A program made the position numbers and the translations under genes. Under the pieces are notes generated by a model. The model did no database searches. It was given only the letters and a program-made list of their open reading frames with translations, and had not been told where the DNA came from. Positions 52,145 through 60,495 of a stretch of 64,000 bases of DNA are shown here, piece by piece. The stretch is from Thermoplasmata archaeon. Its GTDB lineage: Archaea; Thermoplasmatota; Thermoplasmata; Lutacidiplasmatales; UBA184. Within the stretch, counting starts at the first letter, position 1, and each line of letters begins with the position of its first letter. The DNA is taken from NCBI GenBank assembly GCA_035507575.1, contig DATJNY010000029.1, positions 20,067 to 84,066 of the forward strand, in the 5' to 3' direction.

Positions 52145-52711
52145 ATGGAGCACCTTCACATCGCCGGGATCCCCGGCAGCCTGCGAAAGAATGCCTTCTC
52201 GACGAGCCTGCTTCGGGCCGCCGTCGAGCTCGCCCCTCCCGATACGGAGATCGAGATCCTCGACATCTCCGGCTTTCCGGTCTTCAACCAGGACCAGGAG
52301 GCGGCGCCCCCGCCGGCCGTCGTAGCGTTCAAGGAGCGGGTCCGTGCGGCGGACGCGGTGCTGTTCTCGATCAACGAGCACAACTACTCCCTCTCGGCGG
52401 CCGAGAAGAACGCGATCGACTGGGCGTCGCGACCGACCGGCTCGAACGCGTGGGACCGCAAACCGGCCGGCCTGATGAGCGCCTCGATCGGAACGATGGG
52501 CGGCGTGCGCGCGCAGCTCGATCTCCGCCACGCGATGGTCTTCCTCAACATGTTCCCGATCAACAAGCCCGAGGTGATCGTCCCGTTCGCCAACCAGAAG
52601 ATCGACGCGAGCGGGCGGGTGACGGACGAAGCGGTGCGCACGACGATCGCGGCGCATCTCGTCGAGCTGGTCCGGCACACCCGGATCCTCGTGCGCGGTC
52701 GCGCCCCGTAG
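52145..52711 (+). CDS. NAD(P)H-dependent FMN reductase (flavodoxin-like fold)
   Basis: Motifs: HIAGIPGSLRKNAFSTSLL...AVLFSINEHNYSLSAAEKNAIDW. Confidence 0.8.
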   Translation: MEHLHIAGIPGSLRKNAFSTSLLRAAVELAPPDTEIEILDISGFPVFNQDQEAAPPPAVVAFKERVRAADAVLFSINEHNYSLSAAEKNAIDWASRPTGSNAWDRKPAGLMSASIGTMGGVRAQLDLRHAMVFLNMFPINKPEVIVPFANQKIDASGRVTDEAVRTTIAAHLVELVRHTRILVRGRAP

Positions 52712-52725
52712 GTCGCGCGACAAAG

Positions 52726-52733
52726 CGCTTAAG
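52726..52733 (+). promoter_or_regulatory. Palindromic TATA-like element (GCTTAAGC) upstream of tRNA-Ala
   Basis: It lies about 30 nt upstream of the tRNA 5' end at 52761. Confidence 0.5.
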
Positions 52734-52760
52734 CGGAAGCGCTCCTCCCCTCGCCCCGAT

Positions 52761-52832
52761 GGGCACGTAGATCAGCGGAAGATCGCTGCTTTCGCAAAGC
52801 AGAGGTCGGGGGTTCAAATCCCCCCGTGTCCA
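52761..52832 (+). tRNA. tRNA-Ala (anticodon CGC); no encoded CCA
   Basis: Manual cloverleaf: acceptor GGGCACG/CGTGTCC with the G3:U70 Ala identity pair, anticodon stem CTGCT/AGCAG, loop TTCGCAA, T arm GGGGG-TTCAAAT-CCCCC. Confidence 0.95.
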
Positions 52833-52844
52833 TTTCGCCCCGAG

Positions 52845-52849
52845 TTTTT
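52845..52849 (+). terminator. Oligo-T run (TTTTT) 13 nt downstream of tRNA-Ala
   Basis: A T5 tract is rare in this GC-rich sequence. Its position fits an archaeal oligo-T terminator. Confidence 0.45.
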
Positions 52850-52969
52850 CCCGCGCGGCGAGGGTCCGATCCGGGGGCGCCCGCGCTTCCCCGCACGAGA
52901 TTCCGCCGCTTCCCCCGCCTGCGTCGCATCCGCCTTTCGAGCCGCACCGGATCGGGAGTGCGAATCCCT

Positions 52970-53863
52970 TCACCGACGGGGGGAAGGGAACCAGAGGTCC
53001 CGCGCCGCCTGAATCCACTCGAGGAATCGCTCGCGCGCGAAGTACCCGCCCGCCGGGATGAGCGGGTCGGCGCCCAGGACACCGGGGAGAGACCTAAGCC
53101 GTAGCTCCACCTCGCGCGCCTCGAAGTAGTTCTCGGCGCTTCCGAGGAGATACACTCCGCGAGGATGCTCCGTCCAGTGCGGACGGTCCCACAGGCGGGG
53201 TAACTCCACCGCGTGCGGGTCGAACGAGTCGTCGACCTTGAGCCAGATCCCATACGTCGCCATCCCCGCCTCTCGTTCCAGATTCAGGATCATGACGCAC
53301 AGGATCGCGCGGGCCGCTTCCAACTTCGACTGGCGGATCCGAAAGGTCCGGGCCGAAAGTCGGGCTCGCTTCGCCTTGATCGAGTAGGGCTGGCGGGGGT
53401 TCTCCACCAGGGCCTCCAGGACGTTCCAATCGGCCCGCGAGAGCTCCCCTGCCTCGACCGCGGGGACGGAGGGGATCCGATCCGCTTCCTCGGAGATCGG
53501 GGGGCCGAGTATCTTCGAGAGGCGGGGATCGTTCGGGGCATCCGCCTCTTTCGTGAATCGTACGGCCAGGTAGAGATTCGGCCGGAACCGCATGACGTAG
53601 GCCAGATCGTCGATCTCGTTCAGTCGGGACACCGGCAGGTCGGTCGGGCCCGCGCCGGCGAACCGCCACGTGAGCGCGTGCCGACCCAGGATCGCCGCCG
53701 CCGGGTGGATGCCATACGCCGTCAGCACCCCCGCCGCCTCCATCCGCTGGCGTCGCGCGCGGACCGCCTTACCGGTAAGGCCGACCTCCCGCCCGATCGC
53801 TTCGTCGGAACCGAGGGCATCGGACACGAGGTGGGAGAAGATGGCGAGGTCGGTCCGGTCCAT
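52970..53863 (-). CDS. Putative transcriptional regulator with two Lrp/AsnC-like HTH-plus-effector modules
   Basis: Two segments resemble HTH_AsnC (MDRTDLAIFSHLVSD...IGREVGLTGKAVRARRQRMEAAGVL and LSRADWNVLEALVENPRQPYSIKAKRARLSARTFRIRQSKLEAARAI). I placed the start at ATG 53863. Confidence 0.5.
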   Translation of the reverse strand: MDRTDLAIFSHLVSDALGSDEAIGREVGLTGKAVRARRQRMEAAGVLTAYGIHPAAAILGRHALTWRFAGAGPTDLPVSRLNEIDDLAYVMRFRPNLYLAVRFTKEADAPNDPRLSKILGPPISEEADRIPSVPAVEAGELSRADWNVLEALVENPRQPYSIKAKRARLSARTFRIRQSKLEAARAILCVMILNLEREAGMATYGIWLKVDDSFDPHAVELPRLWDRPHWTEHPRGVYLLGSAENYFEAREVELRLRSLPGVLGADPLIPAGGYFARERFLEWIQAARDLWFPSPRR

Positions 53864-53969
53864 CGCCGCGGCAGACCGGACGGACGATTTTAGGAGTGGG
53901 ACTCCCGGACCGTTTATGCCCCCGGCCGGCCAGTGAACGTGAAGCCCGTCGGGGCGAGGACGGAACTCC

Positions 53970-54803
53970 ATGGACGCCGCCGGTCAATCGGAGAAAGCTC
54001 TGGAATTTACGAACCCCGAGGTGACGCTCTATTCGGCCGACGTCGCGGCGTCGCTTCGGTTCTACCGCGACGTGCTGGGCTTTGCCGAGAGCCGACGGGA
54101 ACCCCAGTCGGGGGCGTTCCCGGGTCCCACCCTCGTACTGGGTCCGCTCACGCTGGGGCTCGCCTCGATGGACGCGGTCGAGCCTATTCGCGGCGAGCCC
54201 CGAGGTCGCGGACCCCCTCGCTTCGAACTGGACTTCAACACGGAGGACGTGGACGGGGCGTACGGGTGGGCCACCTCCCATGGCGCGCCGTCGGTGAAGG
54301 CCCCGTACGACTTTCTGGGGTACATCCACAGCGCGTGCGTGGCCGACCCGGACGGAAACCACATCTCGTTCTACACGCGCCTACCGGTCACGGTGTCGGC
54401 CGACCCGGCCGCCCGCCCGACGCTGAAGAACCACCTCTTCAACCTGTATTCGAACCACATCGAAGAGTCGCTCCAACTCTACCGGGGGATCCTGAACTTC
54501 ACCGAGACGTTCCGCGTGCCCCGACAGGGTTCGCCGAGTCATGTGGAGATGGAATTGGGCGCCCTGAATCTCGGGGTCTCGACGGTCGAGGCGTTGAAGC
54601 GGGATCATGGCCTCTCGGGCGGAGGAGGACCGCCCCGGTCGGAGCTCGTCCTGTCGGCCGAGCACGTGGACGGGGCGTACGCGCGGCTCCGCGCCCGAGG
54701 AGTGCCTTCGCTGATCCCGCCGCACGACGTCGGAGGATCCCGACGGAAGGCGTGGGTCGCCGACCCCGACGGCAATCCGATCCAGATCGCCGGTCGCGCC
54801 TGA
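53970..54803 (+). CDS. Two-domain VOC/glyoxalase-family protein
   Basis: Two repeats have the LRFYRDVLGF / LQLYRGILNF beta-alpha-beta-beta-beta pattern, each ending in ...ADPDGN.I.F/I. Confidence 0.7.
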   Translation: MDAAGQSEKALEFTNPEVTLYSADVAASLRFYRDVLGFAESRREPQSGAFPGPTLVLGPLTLGLASMDAVEPIRGEPRGRGPPRFELDFNTEDVDGAYGWATSHGAPSVKAPYDFLGYIHSACVADPDGNHISFYTRLPVTVSADPAARPTLKNHLFNLYSNHIEESLQLYRGILNFTETFRVPRQGSPSHVEMELGALNLGVSTVEALKRDHGLSGGGGPPRSELVLSAEHVDGAYARLRARGVPSLIPPHDVGGSRRKAWVADPDGNPIQIAGRA

Positions 54804-54993
54804 CGCGCTGCCGTCGCCGGATCCATCCACTCTCGTCGGCCCCAGACAGGGTACAACCTGTCGATCGGCCCCGGGGCACCTTCGATCGCCGAAGCCCGAA
54901 GTCCCTCGCGGCAGCCCGCTTGGCCAAAATGGCGGTCGAAGCTCCTGCTCGGCGGCCCTAAGCCGGCCCGGTGCCGGGGCGGGTCTGCTCGGC

Positions 54994-55284
54994 TTAGCAG
55001 CTGCCGCGGGCGACGACCTGCTCGCAGTGAGAAGCCGGGGCGACCTGGAGCGTGCCGAGCTGACCGAACGGAGCGAAGTACGTGCGCACCGACTCCGCGT
55101 TCGGGCCATCGAGGATCAAGTAGAGATGGTGGCCTCCGTTCGAGACGGCGTCGCCGTAGATCGTCAGCCCCGCCTTCGCCGCGTTTCCCTTGGAAACAAT
55201 CTGAAGCAGCGCGGGGGCCATCTGGGGGTTCTGGGCCGGGCAGGCGGTCGGGGCGTGCGTGTGCTCAACGACGAACAGCGGCAT
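54994..55284 (-). CDS. Hypothetical 96-aa protein (possibly DUF3303-like)
   Basis: MPLFVVEHTHAPTACPAQNPQMAP...GHHLYLILDGPNAESVRTYFAPFG. It is the 3' part of the artefactual ORF 54994..55956. A TATA-like CCAAATAC element lies about 25 nt upstream of the ATG at 55284. Confidence 0.55.
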   Translation of the reverse strand: MPLFVVEHTHAPTACPAQNPQMAPALLQIVSKGNAAKAGLTIYGDAVSNGGHHLYLILDGPNAESVRTYFAPFGQLGTLQVAPASHCEQVVARGSC

Positions 55285-55320
55285 CGCTGGTCGCTGCGCG
55301 GACCAAGTATTTGGGCAGTG

Positions 55321-55356
55321 ATTTCGGCGCGGGAACGGTCGAGCCCGCGCGGAAAT
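55321..55356. other. Intergenic hairpin (13-bp stem with one mismatch, 10-nt loop)
   Basis: ATTTCGGCGCGGG-aacggtcgag-CCCGCGCGGAAAT, within a 250-nt non-coding divergent gap. Confidence 0.4.
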
Positions 55357-55533
55357 CGCCGGGTCTCCCTTCGTTCCGGATCGGATGCAACCGGGGCCGA
55401 GTCGGCGCCGCGCCTCTCGGACCCTGGGGTCGGGGACTTCGCGTCGGACCGGCTCCGCGCGAGGGTTCCCCGGGGGCCCCGGACGACCGGTCTCAGGCGC
55501 GGGAGTAATATCGGCAGGACCGCTCGGGCGTCC

Positions 55534-55932
55534 GTGTCCGAGCCCGTATCGGTGCCCTTGAGGAAGCTGACCCGCGCGGAAGAGCGCGTGATCCGCCACG
55601 GAGGGACCGAGCCGCCGTTCTCCGGAGAGTACGAGCACTTCACCGGACGGGGGTCGTATGCCTGCAAACAGTGCGGCGCCGTCCTGTACCGCTCGGCGGA
55701 CAAGTTCGACGCGGGCTGCGGCTGGCCCAGCTTCGATCGAGAGGTCGAGGGCGCCGTGCGCCACCTCCCGGATGCGGATGGGGAGCGGGTCGAGATCCGG
55801 TGCGCCCGGTGCGACGGGCACCTCGGTCACGTGTTCGTGGGCGAGGGATTCACCCCGCGCGACACGCGACACTGCGTGAACTCGATCTCCCTCGTCTTCG
55901 TTCCGGACCCGCCGGGATCGACTCCTCCGTAG
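55534..55932 (+). CDS. msrB: Peptide methionine (R)-S-oxide reductase MsrB
   Basis: Motifs: HGGTEPPFSGEY...YACKQCGAVLY...KFDAGCGWPSF...IRCARCDGHLGHVF.GEG.......CVNS. I placed the start at GTG 55534, about 25 nt downstream of the GTAATATC element. Confidence 0.85.
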   Translation: MSEPVSVPLRKLTRAEERVIRHGGTEPPFSGEYEHFTGRGSYACKQCGAVLYRSADKFDAGCGWPSFDREVEGAVRHLPDADGERVEIRCARCDGHLGHVFVGEGFTPRDTRHCVNSISLVFVPDPPGSTPP

Positions 55933-56013
55933 AACGGGAGGGGGCGGCCGCGCCACCTGCTCCCGCTGCGGCTACCGCAGGACTATACCCCCCGGTGCCG
56001 TCGGGCTCCCACC

Positions 56014-56190
56014 ATGCCGAAGGTCGTCGTGCAATCGATCGAGAACGGGCCGAATCTGGTGCTGATCGACGGGAAGGCGGACGTCGCCCTCTGCCGATGC
56101 GGTCAGTCGTCGAAGAAGCCGCTCTGCGACGGCACGCACCGGAAGGTCAACTTCCACGGCGCGGCCGCGACGACGGTCATCCTCGAATAG
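56014..56190 (+). CDS. Unannotated 58-aa CDGSH iron-sulfur domain protein
   Basis: The sequence is MPKVVVQSIENGPNLVLIDGKADVALCRCGQSSKKPLCDGTHRKVNFHGAAATTVILE. The C.C...(S/T)...P.CDG(S/T)H signature is intact. An ACTATACC element lies about 28 nt upstream. It falls below the ORF-track length cutoff. Confidence 0.7.
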   Translation: MPKVVVQSIENGPNLVLIDGKADVALCRCGQSSKKPLCDGTHRKVNFHGAAATTVILE

Positions 56191-56980
56191 CGGAGCGGGG
56201 CCGCCCTTCGGGACGGAGCACGGCCACGTACATCCCGCGGCCGGGCATCAGACCGTTCCGGCGGTAGCGGGCCCGGAAGCCCGCCGCCCGGAACGCGGCG
56301 AGGAAGGTGGCACGGTCGAACATCCCGAGGTCGTGGTGCTCCACCCAATGCTGGACCCCCGTTGGCGTCGCGACGAGATGGTGCATATCCATGATCGACC
56401 GGCTCCCGCGCTGCGCGGAGAGGTTCATGCGCGCGATCGGCCATCGCTTGCCCCCGTAGATCCCGAGATGCACGTACCCGGGCCGGTACGTCTCCCTCGT
56501 GAGCCAGGGCTCGATGAGGACGAGGCCACCGGGCTCGAGATGCTTCGCGAAGGTCCGGAGCGTTCGGGTGAGGTCCCGGGACGACCGGACGTGGCCGATC
56601 GCGGAGAACAGGCACGTGATGACGTCGAATCGCCGTCCTAGGTCGAACGTCTCCATCCGCGCGCGGACGAACCGGACGTCGGGGAGCTTTCGGCGCGCCT
56701 CGCGCAGCATCCCGGCGTCCGCGTCGACGCCGGTCGTCTGGAAGTGACGGCTCAGGTAGCGAAGGTGGTTCCCGGTTCCGCACGCGACATCGAGCAGCGT
56801 GCGGCTGCCGCGTCGCCCGTACCTCTGGATCCAGCGCCGGAGGCGTCGGGACTCTTCCGCGTAATCCTTCCACGCGTAGATCCGGTCGTAGATCGCCGCC
56901 GAATATCGATAGGGCCGGACCACCTCGGGGGGCATCGCGGCCCGACCCGCTCGGGGCGGGCGGCGGCGCTTAACTGTCAC
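56177..56980 (-). CDS. Class I SAM-dependent methyltransferase (TylM1/DesVI-like small-molecule N-methyltransferase pattern)
   Basis: It has YDRIYAWKDYAEE...LLDVACGTGNHLRYL...TGVDADAGML. The GTG start overlaps the upstream stop (GTGA). ATG 56935 is an alternative start. Confidence 0.8.
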   Translation of the reverse strand: MTVKRRRPPRAGRAAMPPEVVRPYRYSAAIYDRIYAWKDYAEESRRLRRWIQRYGRRGSRTLLDVACGTGNHLRYLSRHFQTTGVDADAGMLREARRKLPDVRFVRARMETFDLGRRFDVITCLFSAIGHVRSSRDLTRTLRTFAKHLEPGGLVLIEPWLTRETYRPGYVHLGIYGGKRWPIARMNLSAQRGSRSIMDMHHLVATPTGVQHWVEHHDLGMFDRATFLAAFRAAGFRARYRRNGLMPGRGMYVAVLRPEGRPRSAIRG

Positions 56981-57702
56981 GCGTCATCGCGGCGTCGGCG
57001 TCGCCGAGGCTCGTCGTCCGAGTCGGATCGCTCGCGACGACCGTAGGAGCCCGAACCGCGGCCGTAACTCGGTCGGGATCGTCCGCCCGGAGGGGACCAC
57101 TTTCCGCCGCTCCGCCCGTATCGAGGCGGAGGTCGGTCGCCATATCGGCCTCCTCGGTCCCCGCCCCGGGAGCGGGGTCCGTCGGTTCGGGGCGGCAAGG
57201 TGAAGCGATTGCCGCACGCCGCGCACTCTCCGACGAGGTTCCCCTCGGCGTCGTTCGAGAACGTCAGCGGAGCCCCGCATTGGCGGCACGGGCGGGAACG
57301 GGGTGCTCCCTCGCCTCCCCCGAATTCGCGACGGGGCGCGCGCTGGTACGGCGCCGATCGCTCCCGGCGCCCCGCCGGCGGGGCGCCCTCCGGCACGAAC
57401 ACGGTCGTCGTTTCGCACTCCTCGCAGTGGACTTCGAGGGCCCCATCGTCCCGGGCGCTAACACTGAGCGGCGAGCCGCAGTCGGCGCATTCGGGGCCGG
57501 GGACGGCGGGCGGAGCGGCGGGAGAAGGCTCCCCCGCCGGCGATGGAGAGGGCGGTGCCGACCCGGAGCCGAGCGGGAGGGTCCCTTCTACGAGCGTCGT
57601 CACCCGATGGCACTCGTCGCAGGTGCCGGTCAGCACGCGCGCCTCCTGCACGGAGTACGCCACTTCGGCGCCGCATTCTGGGCACGTGCTCACGTGGACC
57701 AC
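56977..57702 (-). CDS. Triple zinc-ribbon protein with an RG/RGG-rich, then acidic/basic, C-terminal tail
   Basis: It has three C..C-(n)-C..C modules (CPECG...CDEC; CADCG...CEEC; CRQCG...CAACG) separated by Pro-rich linkers. The tail is RSRGGDRGGRYGDRPPPRYGRSGGKWSPPGGRSRPSYGRGSGSYGRRERSDSDDEPRRRRRRDDA. Confidence 0.65.
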   Translation of the reverse strand: MVHVSTCPECGAEVAYSVQEARVLTGTCDECHRVTTLVEGTLPLGSGSAPPSPSPAGEPSPAAPPAVPGPECADCGSPLSVSARDDGALEVHCEECETTTVFVPEGAPPAGRRERSAPYQRAPRREFGGGEGAPRSRPCRQCGAPLTFSNDAEGNLVGECAACGNRFTLPPRTDGPRSRGGDRGGRYGDRPPPRYGRSGGKWSPPGGRSRPSYGRGSGSYGRRERSDSDDEPRRRRRRDDA

Positions 57703-57807
57703 CGAACGGCCCGGAGCATCGACGGCTCATTACGTGGACGCCCCGGGTCGTCGGTCGCCCCGGTCCGGCCGGCTTATCCGCGCCCGTAGCCCGTACGGAG
57801 AGGGATC

Positions 57808-58383
57808 ATGAGCGGGGCAACGAGCTCGGGCGGCAGGGAGGTCGCGACGTTGGGCGGCGGTTGCTTCTGGTGCACGGAAGCCGTGTTCTCGGAGCTCCGG
57901 GGCGTCGAGAGGGTCGAGCCGGGATACGCGGGCGGCACCCGGCCGAACCCGTCCTACGAGGAGGTCTGCACGGGTCGGACGGGGCACGCGGAGGTCGTTC
58001 AGGTGACCTTCGACCCGAAGCTCCTCTCCTACCACGATCTCCTGACGATCTTCTTCACCGTCCACGATCCGACGACGCTGAATCGCCAGGGCGCGGATGT
58101 GGGGACCCAGTACCGATCCGTCGTGCTGTATCACGACGCCGCGCAGAAGGCGACGGCCGAACGGGTGATCGCCGAACTCGAGGGCGAGAAGATCTGGCGG
58201 AAGAAGTTCGTCACGGAACTCGTCCCGTTCACCGCGTTCTACCCGGCCGAGGAGTATCACCACGACTACTTCCGGCGCAACCCGTCGGGGGGGTACTGCC
58301 AGTTCGTGATCGCCCCGAAGGTCGCGAAGTTCCGATCGCATTTCGCGGAGCGGCTGAAAAGCGCTCCCGCGGCGCGGGCCTGA
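57808..58383 (+). CDS. msrA: Peptide methionine (S)-S-oxide reductase MsrA
   Basis: It has the [12 protein letters not shown] active-site motif and ...[12 protein letters not shown]...[17 protein letters not shown]. Confidence 0.9.
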   Translation: MSGATSSGGREVATLGGGCFWCTEAVFSELRGVERVEPGYAGGTRPNPSYEEVCTGRTGHAEVVQVTFDPKLLSYHDLLTIFFTVHDPTTLNRQGADVGTQYRSVVLYHDAAQKATAERVIAELEGEKIWRKKFVTELVPFTAFYPAEEYHHDYFRRNPSGGYCQFVIAPKVAKFRSHFAERLKSAPAARA

Positions 58384-58959
58384 TCACAGCGCGAGATAGA
58401 CGAAGTAGCCCGCGAACCCGAGCAGCAGGATGGCCGACCCGATGACGACGGCCTCGCCGACCCTCGGTCGGCCTCGCGTCCCCAGGTGAAGCGCGTAGGG
58501 GAACGTGACGACCCAGATCGCGATCGCGGCGAAGAGGCCGAGGAACAGCACGTACCCGCCGAGGTAGGCGAACGCCAGACCGGCGGTGAGCCACCAGACG
58601 ATCTGAACGGGATTGGTCACGCCCACGAAGACGCCCTGGGAGTAGGTCCGCAAGGCCTCGGTCGGTGGCGTCTCGGCGCTCCGTCGGGGTCGGAGCAGTC
58701 GGATCGCGAGGAAGGTCATCGCGACGGCCCCGACGAGGTACACCCACCGCACGACGGACCCGAGGTCGACGACGGACCGGAGGGCGTAGACGAGGACGCC
58801 GAGGACGAGGTCGGCGCTCATCGCGCCGAGTCCGGTCACGATCCCCGCGCGCAACGAACGGACGGTCTGTGACGCGATGAGGGCGTTCATCGGCCCGGGA
58901 GGGATCGTCAGCGAGAATCCGAGCGCGAGCCCGAAGACCAGCGCGAACGCGAGCTCCAC
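58384..58959 (-). CDS. LysE/RhtB-family amino-acid exporter
   Basis: It is about 190 aa with 6 TM segments. PPGPMNALIASQ near the N-terminus is typical of the family. I placed the start at GTG 58959 because the upstream part of the ORF is R/P/G-rich. Confidence 0.75.
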   Translation of the reverse strand: MELAFALVFGLALGFSLTIPPGPMNALIASQTVRSLRAGIVTGLGAMSADLVLGVLVYALRSVVDLGSVVRWVYLVGAVAMTFLAIRLLRPRRSAETPPTEALRTYSQGVFVGVTNPVQIVWWLTAGLAFAYLGGYVLFLGLFAAIAIWVVTFPYALHLGTRGRPRVGEAVVIGSAILLLGFAGYFVYLAL

Positions 58960-59009
58960 TCGGCCGCCCCCCGCGCAAGGTTCAACTGGCGCGCGACATA
59001 GGTTCTCGC

Positions 59010-59387
59010 ATGGCGTCGTCCGGATGCGCCCGCTGCGGTAGCCCGCTCGCCGCGGACAGCGCGTTCTGCACCCAGTGCGGGACCCGGGTTGCGCCGGGAA
59101 CGCCCCCGACGGGGACCGGGGGACCGCTGCCGCCCTCCCCGGACCCGATCCCGATGTCGAACTCCGCGCCGACCCCGGCACCCCTTCCCCAGCGATCCCG
59201 GCTCTGTGTGAACTGCCAGAGCCAGATGGCGTCGGTCGGCATGCTCTCGTTTCGAACGGGAGGCTGGACCGGGGGCGCCGGTCCGCACACCGGAGGCTGG
59301 AACGCCGCGACGGAGTCGCTCCACCCGTTCAGCCTGTACTATTGCGCGAAGTGCGGGAAGTTCGATCTCTATTACGCGGGTACCTGA
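59010..59387 (+). CDS. Zinc-ribbon protein (N- and C-terminal ribbons, Pro-rich linker)
   Basis: It has CARCG...CTQCG, then CVNC...YYCAKCGKFDLY. Confidence 0.55.
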   Translation: MASSGCARCGSPLAADSAFCTQCGTRVAPGTPPTGTGGPLPPSPDPIPMSNSAPTPAPLPQRSRLCVNCQSQMASVGMLSFRTGGWTGGAGPHTGGWNAATESLHPFSLYYCAKCGKFDLYYAGT

Positions 59388-59450
59388 GCCCGCGAGTCGG
59401 GCCTCGCCTCCGCTCGGCGGCGCTAAGCGGGGACCGGCCCTGCCGGTGAC

Positions 59451-59897
59451 GTGGAGCGACCGGAGGCCGACCGACCGAGCGCACCGTACGTCGTGATCGA
59501 CGGACGAGTCCTCGGTCCGTCGACATATCGACCCTCGACGGTGCTCGATCTGGGAGCGACTCCCGAATGGAAGCGGGCGCTCGCGGTCCTCGGGGCCCTG
59601 CTCGTGGGCGAGGGCGCGACGCTGCTGGTGAACGCGGAGTGGGCCGCGATCGGCGGGGTGGCGCTGTTCCTCGTCGCGGCGGTCGCAGCCGGGTCGGAGC
59701 GGCTCGAGCTGGCTACGTCGCTGGGCACGGCGGGGCTCTGCTGGGTCGGCGGAGGCGTGGCGGCTACGTTCGGGAACGTCGGCAGCGCGGGGATCGACGG
59801 GCTGCTGGTGGCCGGGGCGTTGGTCCTCGCGTTCGCATGGTTCGGAGTGGACGCGTCGGGGAGACGGACGAAACGTATTTCGCCGCCCGCGGAGTGA
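59451..59897 (+). CDS. Hypothetical membrane protein
   Basis: It is 148 aa with 3-4 Ala/Gly/Leu-rich hydrophobic segments and high GC3. No family was recognised. Confidence 0.45.
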   Translation: MERPEADRPSAPYVVIDGRVLGPSTYRPSTVLDLGATPEWKRALAVLGALLVGEGATLLVNAEWAAIGGVALFLVAAVAAGSERLELATSLGTAGLCWVGGGVAATFGNVGSAGIDGLLVAGALVLAFAWFGVDASGRRTKRISPPAE

Positions 59898-59916
59898 TCG
59901 GAGGGAGGGCGCGCGC

Positions 59917-60420
59917 GTGGGGGGAACGGAGGAACGCGCGGGCCACGTCTTCCAACTCAGCCGCAAGTCCGCGGTGCCCGGCGAGCGGGGGCTGCCGAAG
60001 CGACCGGTCCGGGAGGCCGACGTCACGCACGCCGGGGTCGTCGGCGACTTCAACGTCTACCGGCACGATGAGAAGCACGACGACCCCGCGATGGCGATCC
60101 TGGTGGTCCCCAAGGAGACCCTGGAGGAGTTCCGGCGAGAAGGGTGGCCGGTCGAACCCGGTGATCTCGGCGAGAACATCACCTCCGTGGGCCTGGCGTA
60201 CGACGCGTTCGTCCCGGGGCGGCGGTTTCGCGTCGGCCCCGTCCTCCTGGAGATCACCAAGGCCTGCACCCCGTGCGAGAACCTCTACACGCTCCCGTAC
60301 GTCGGCGAGGCTCGAGGTCCGGAGTTCCTCAAAGTAACGTTGGACCGACGCGGCTGGTATGCCCGCGTCCTCGAAGAAGGGACGATCCGCACCGGCGATC
60401 GAATCACGTCGGCGACCTGA
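59917..60420 (+). CDS. MOSC domain protein (YiiM-like)
   Basis: Motifs: GVVGDFNVYRH...PGDLGENIT..G........G.RFRVG.VLLEITKACTPC. Confidence 0.8.
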   Translation: MGGTEERAGHVFQLSRKSAVPGERGLPKRPVREADVTHAGVVGDFNVYRHDEKHDDPAMAILVVPKETLEEFRREGWPVEPGDLGENITSVGLAYDAFVPGRRFRVGPVLLEITKACTPCENLYTLPYVGEARGPEFLKVTLDRRGWYARVLEEGTIRTGDRITSAT

Positions 60421-60495
60421 CGCGAGCGCGACGGCCGCTCGGCGCGCGACGGGCATCGCTTTGACGGGGCGCGCTCTTCCTCCGCCAAAGGATCG

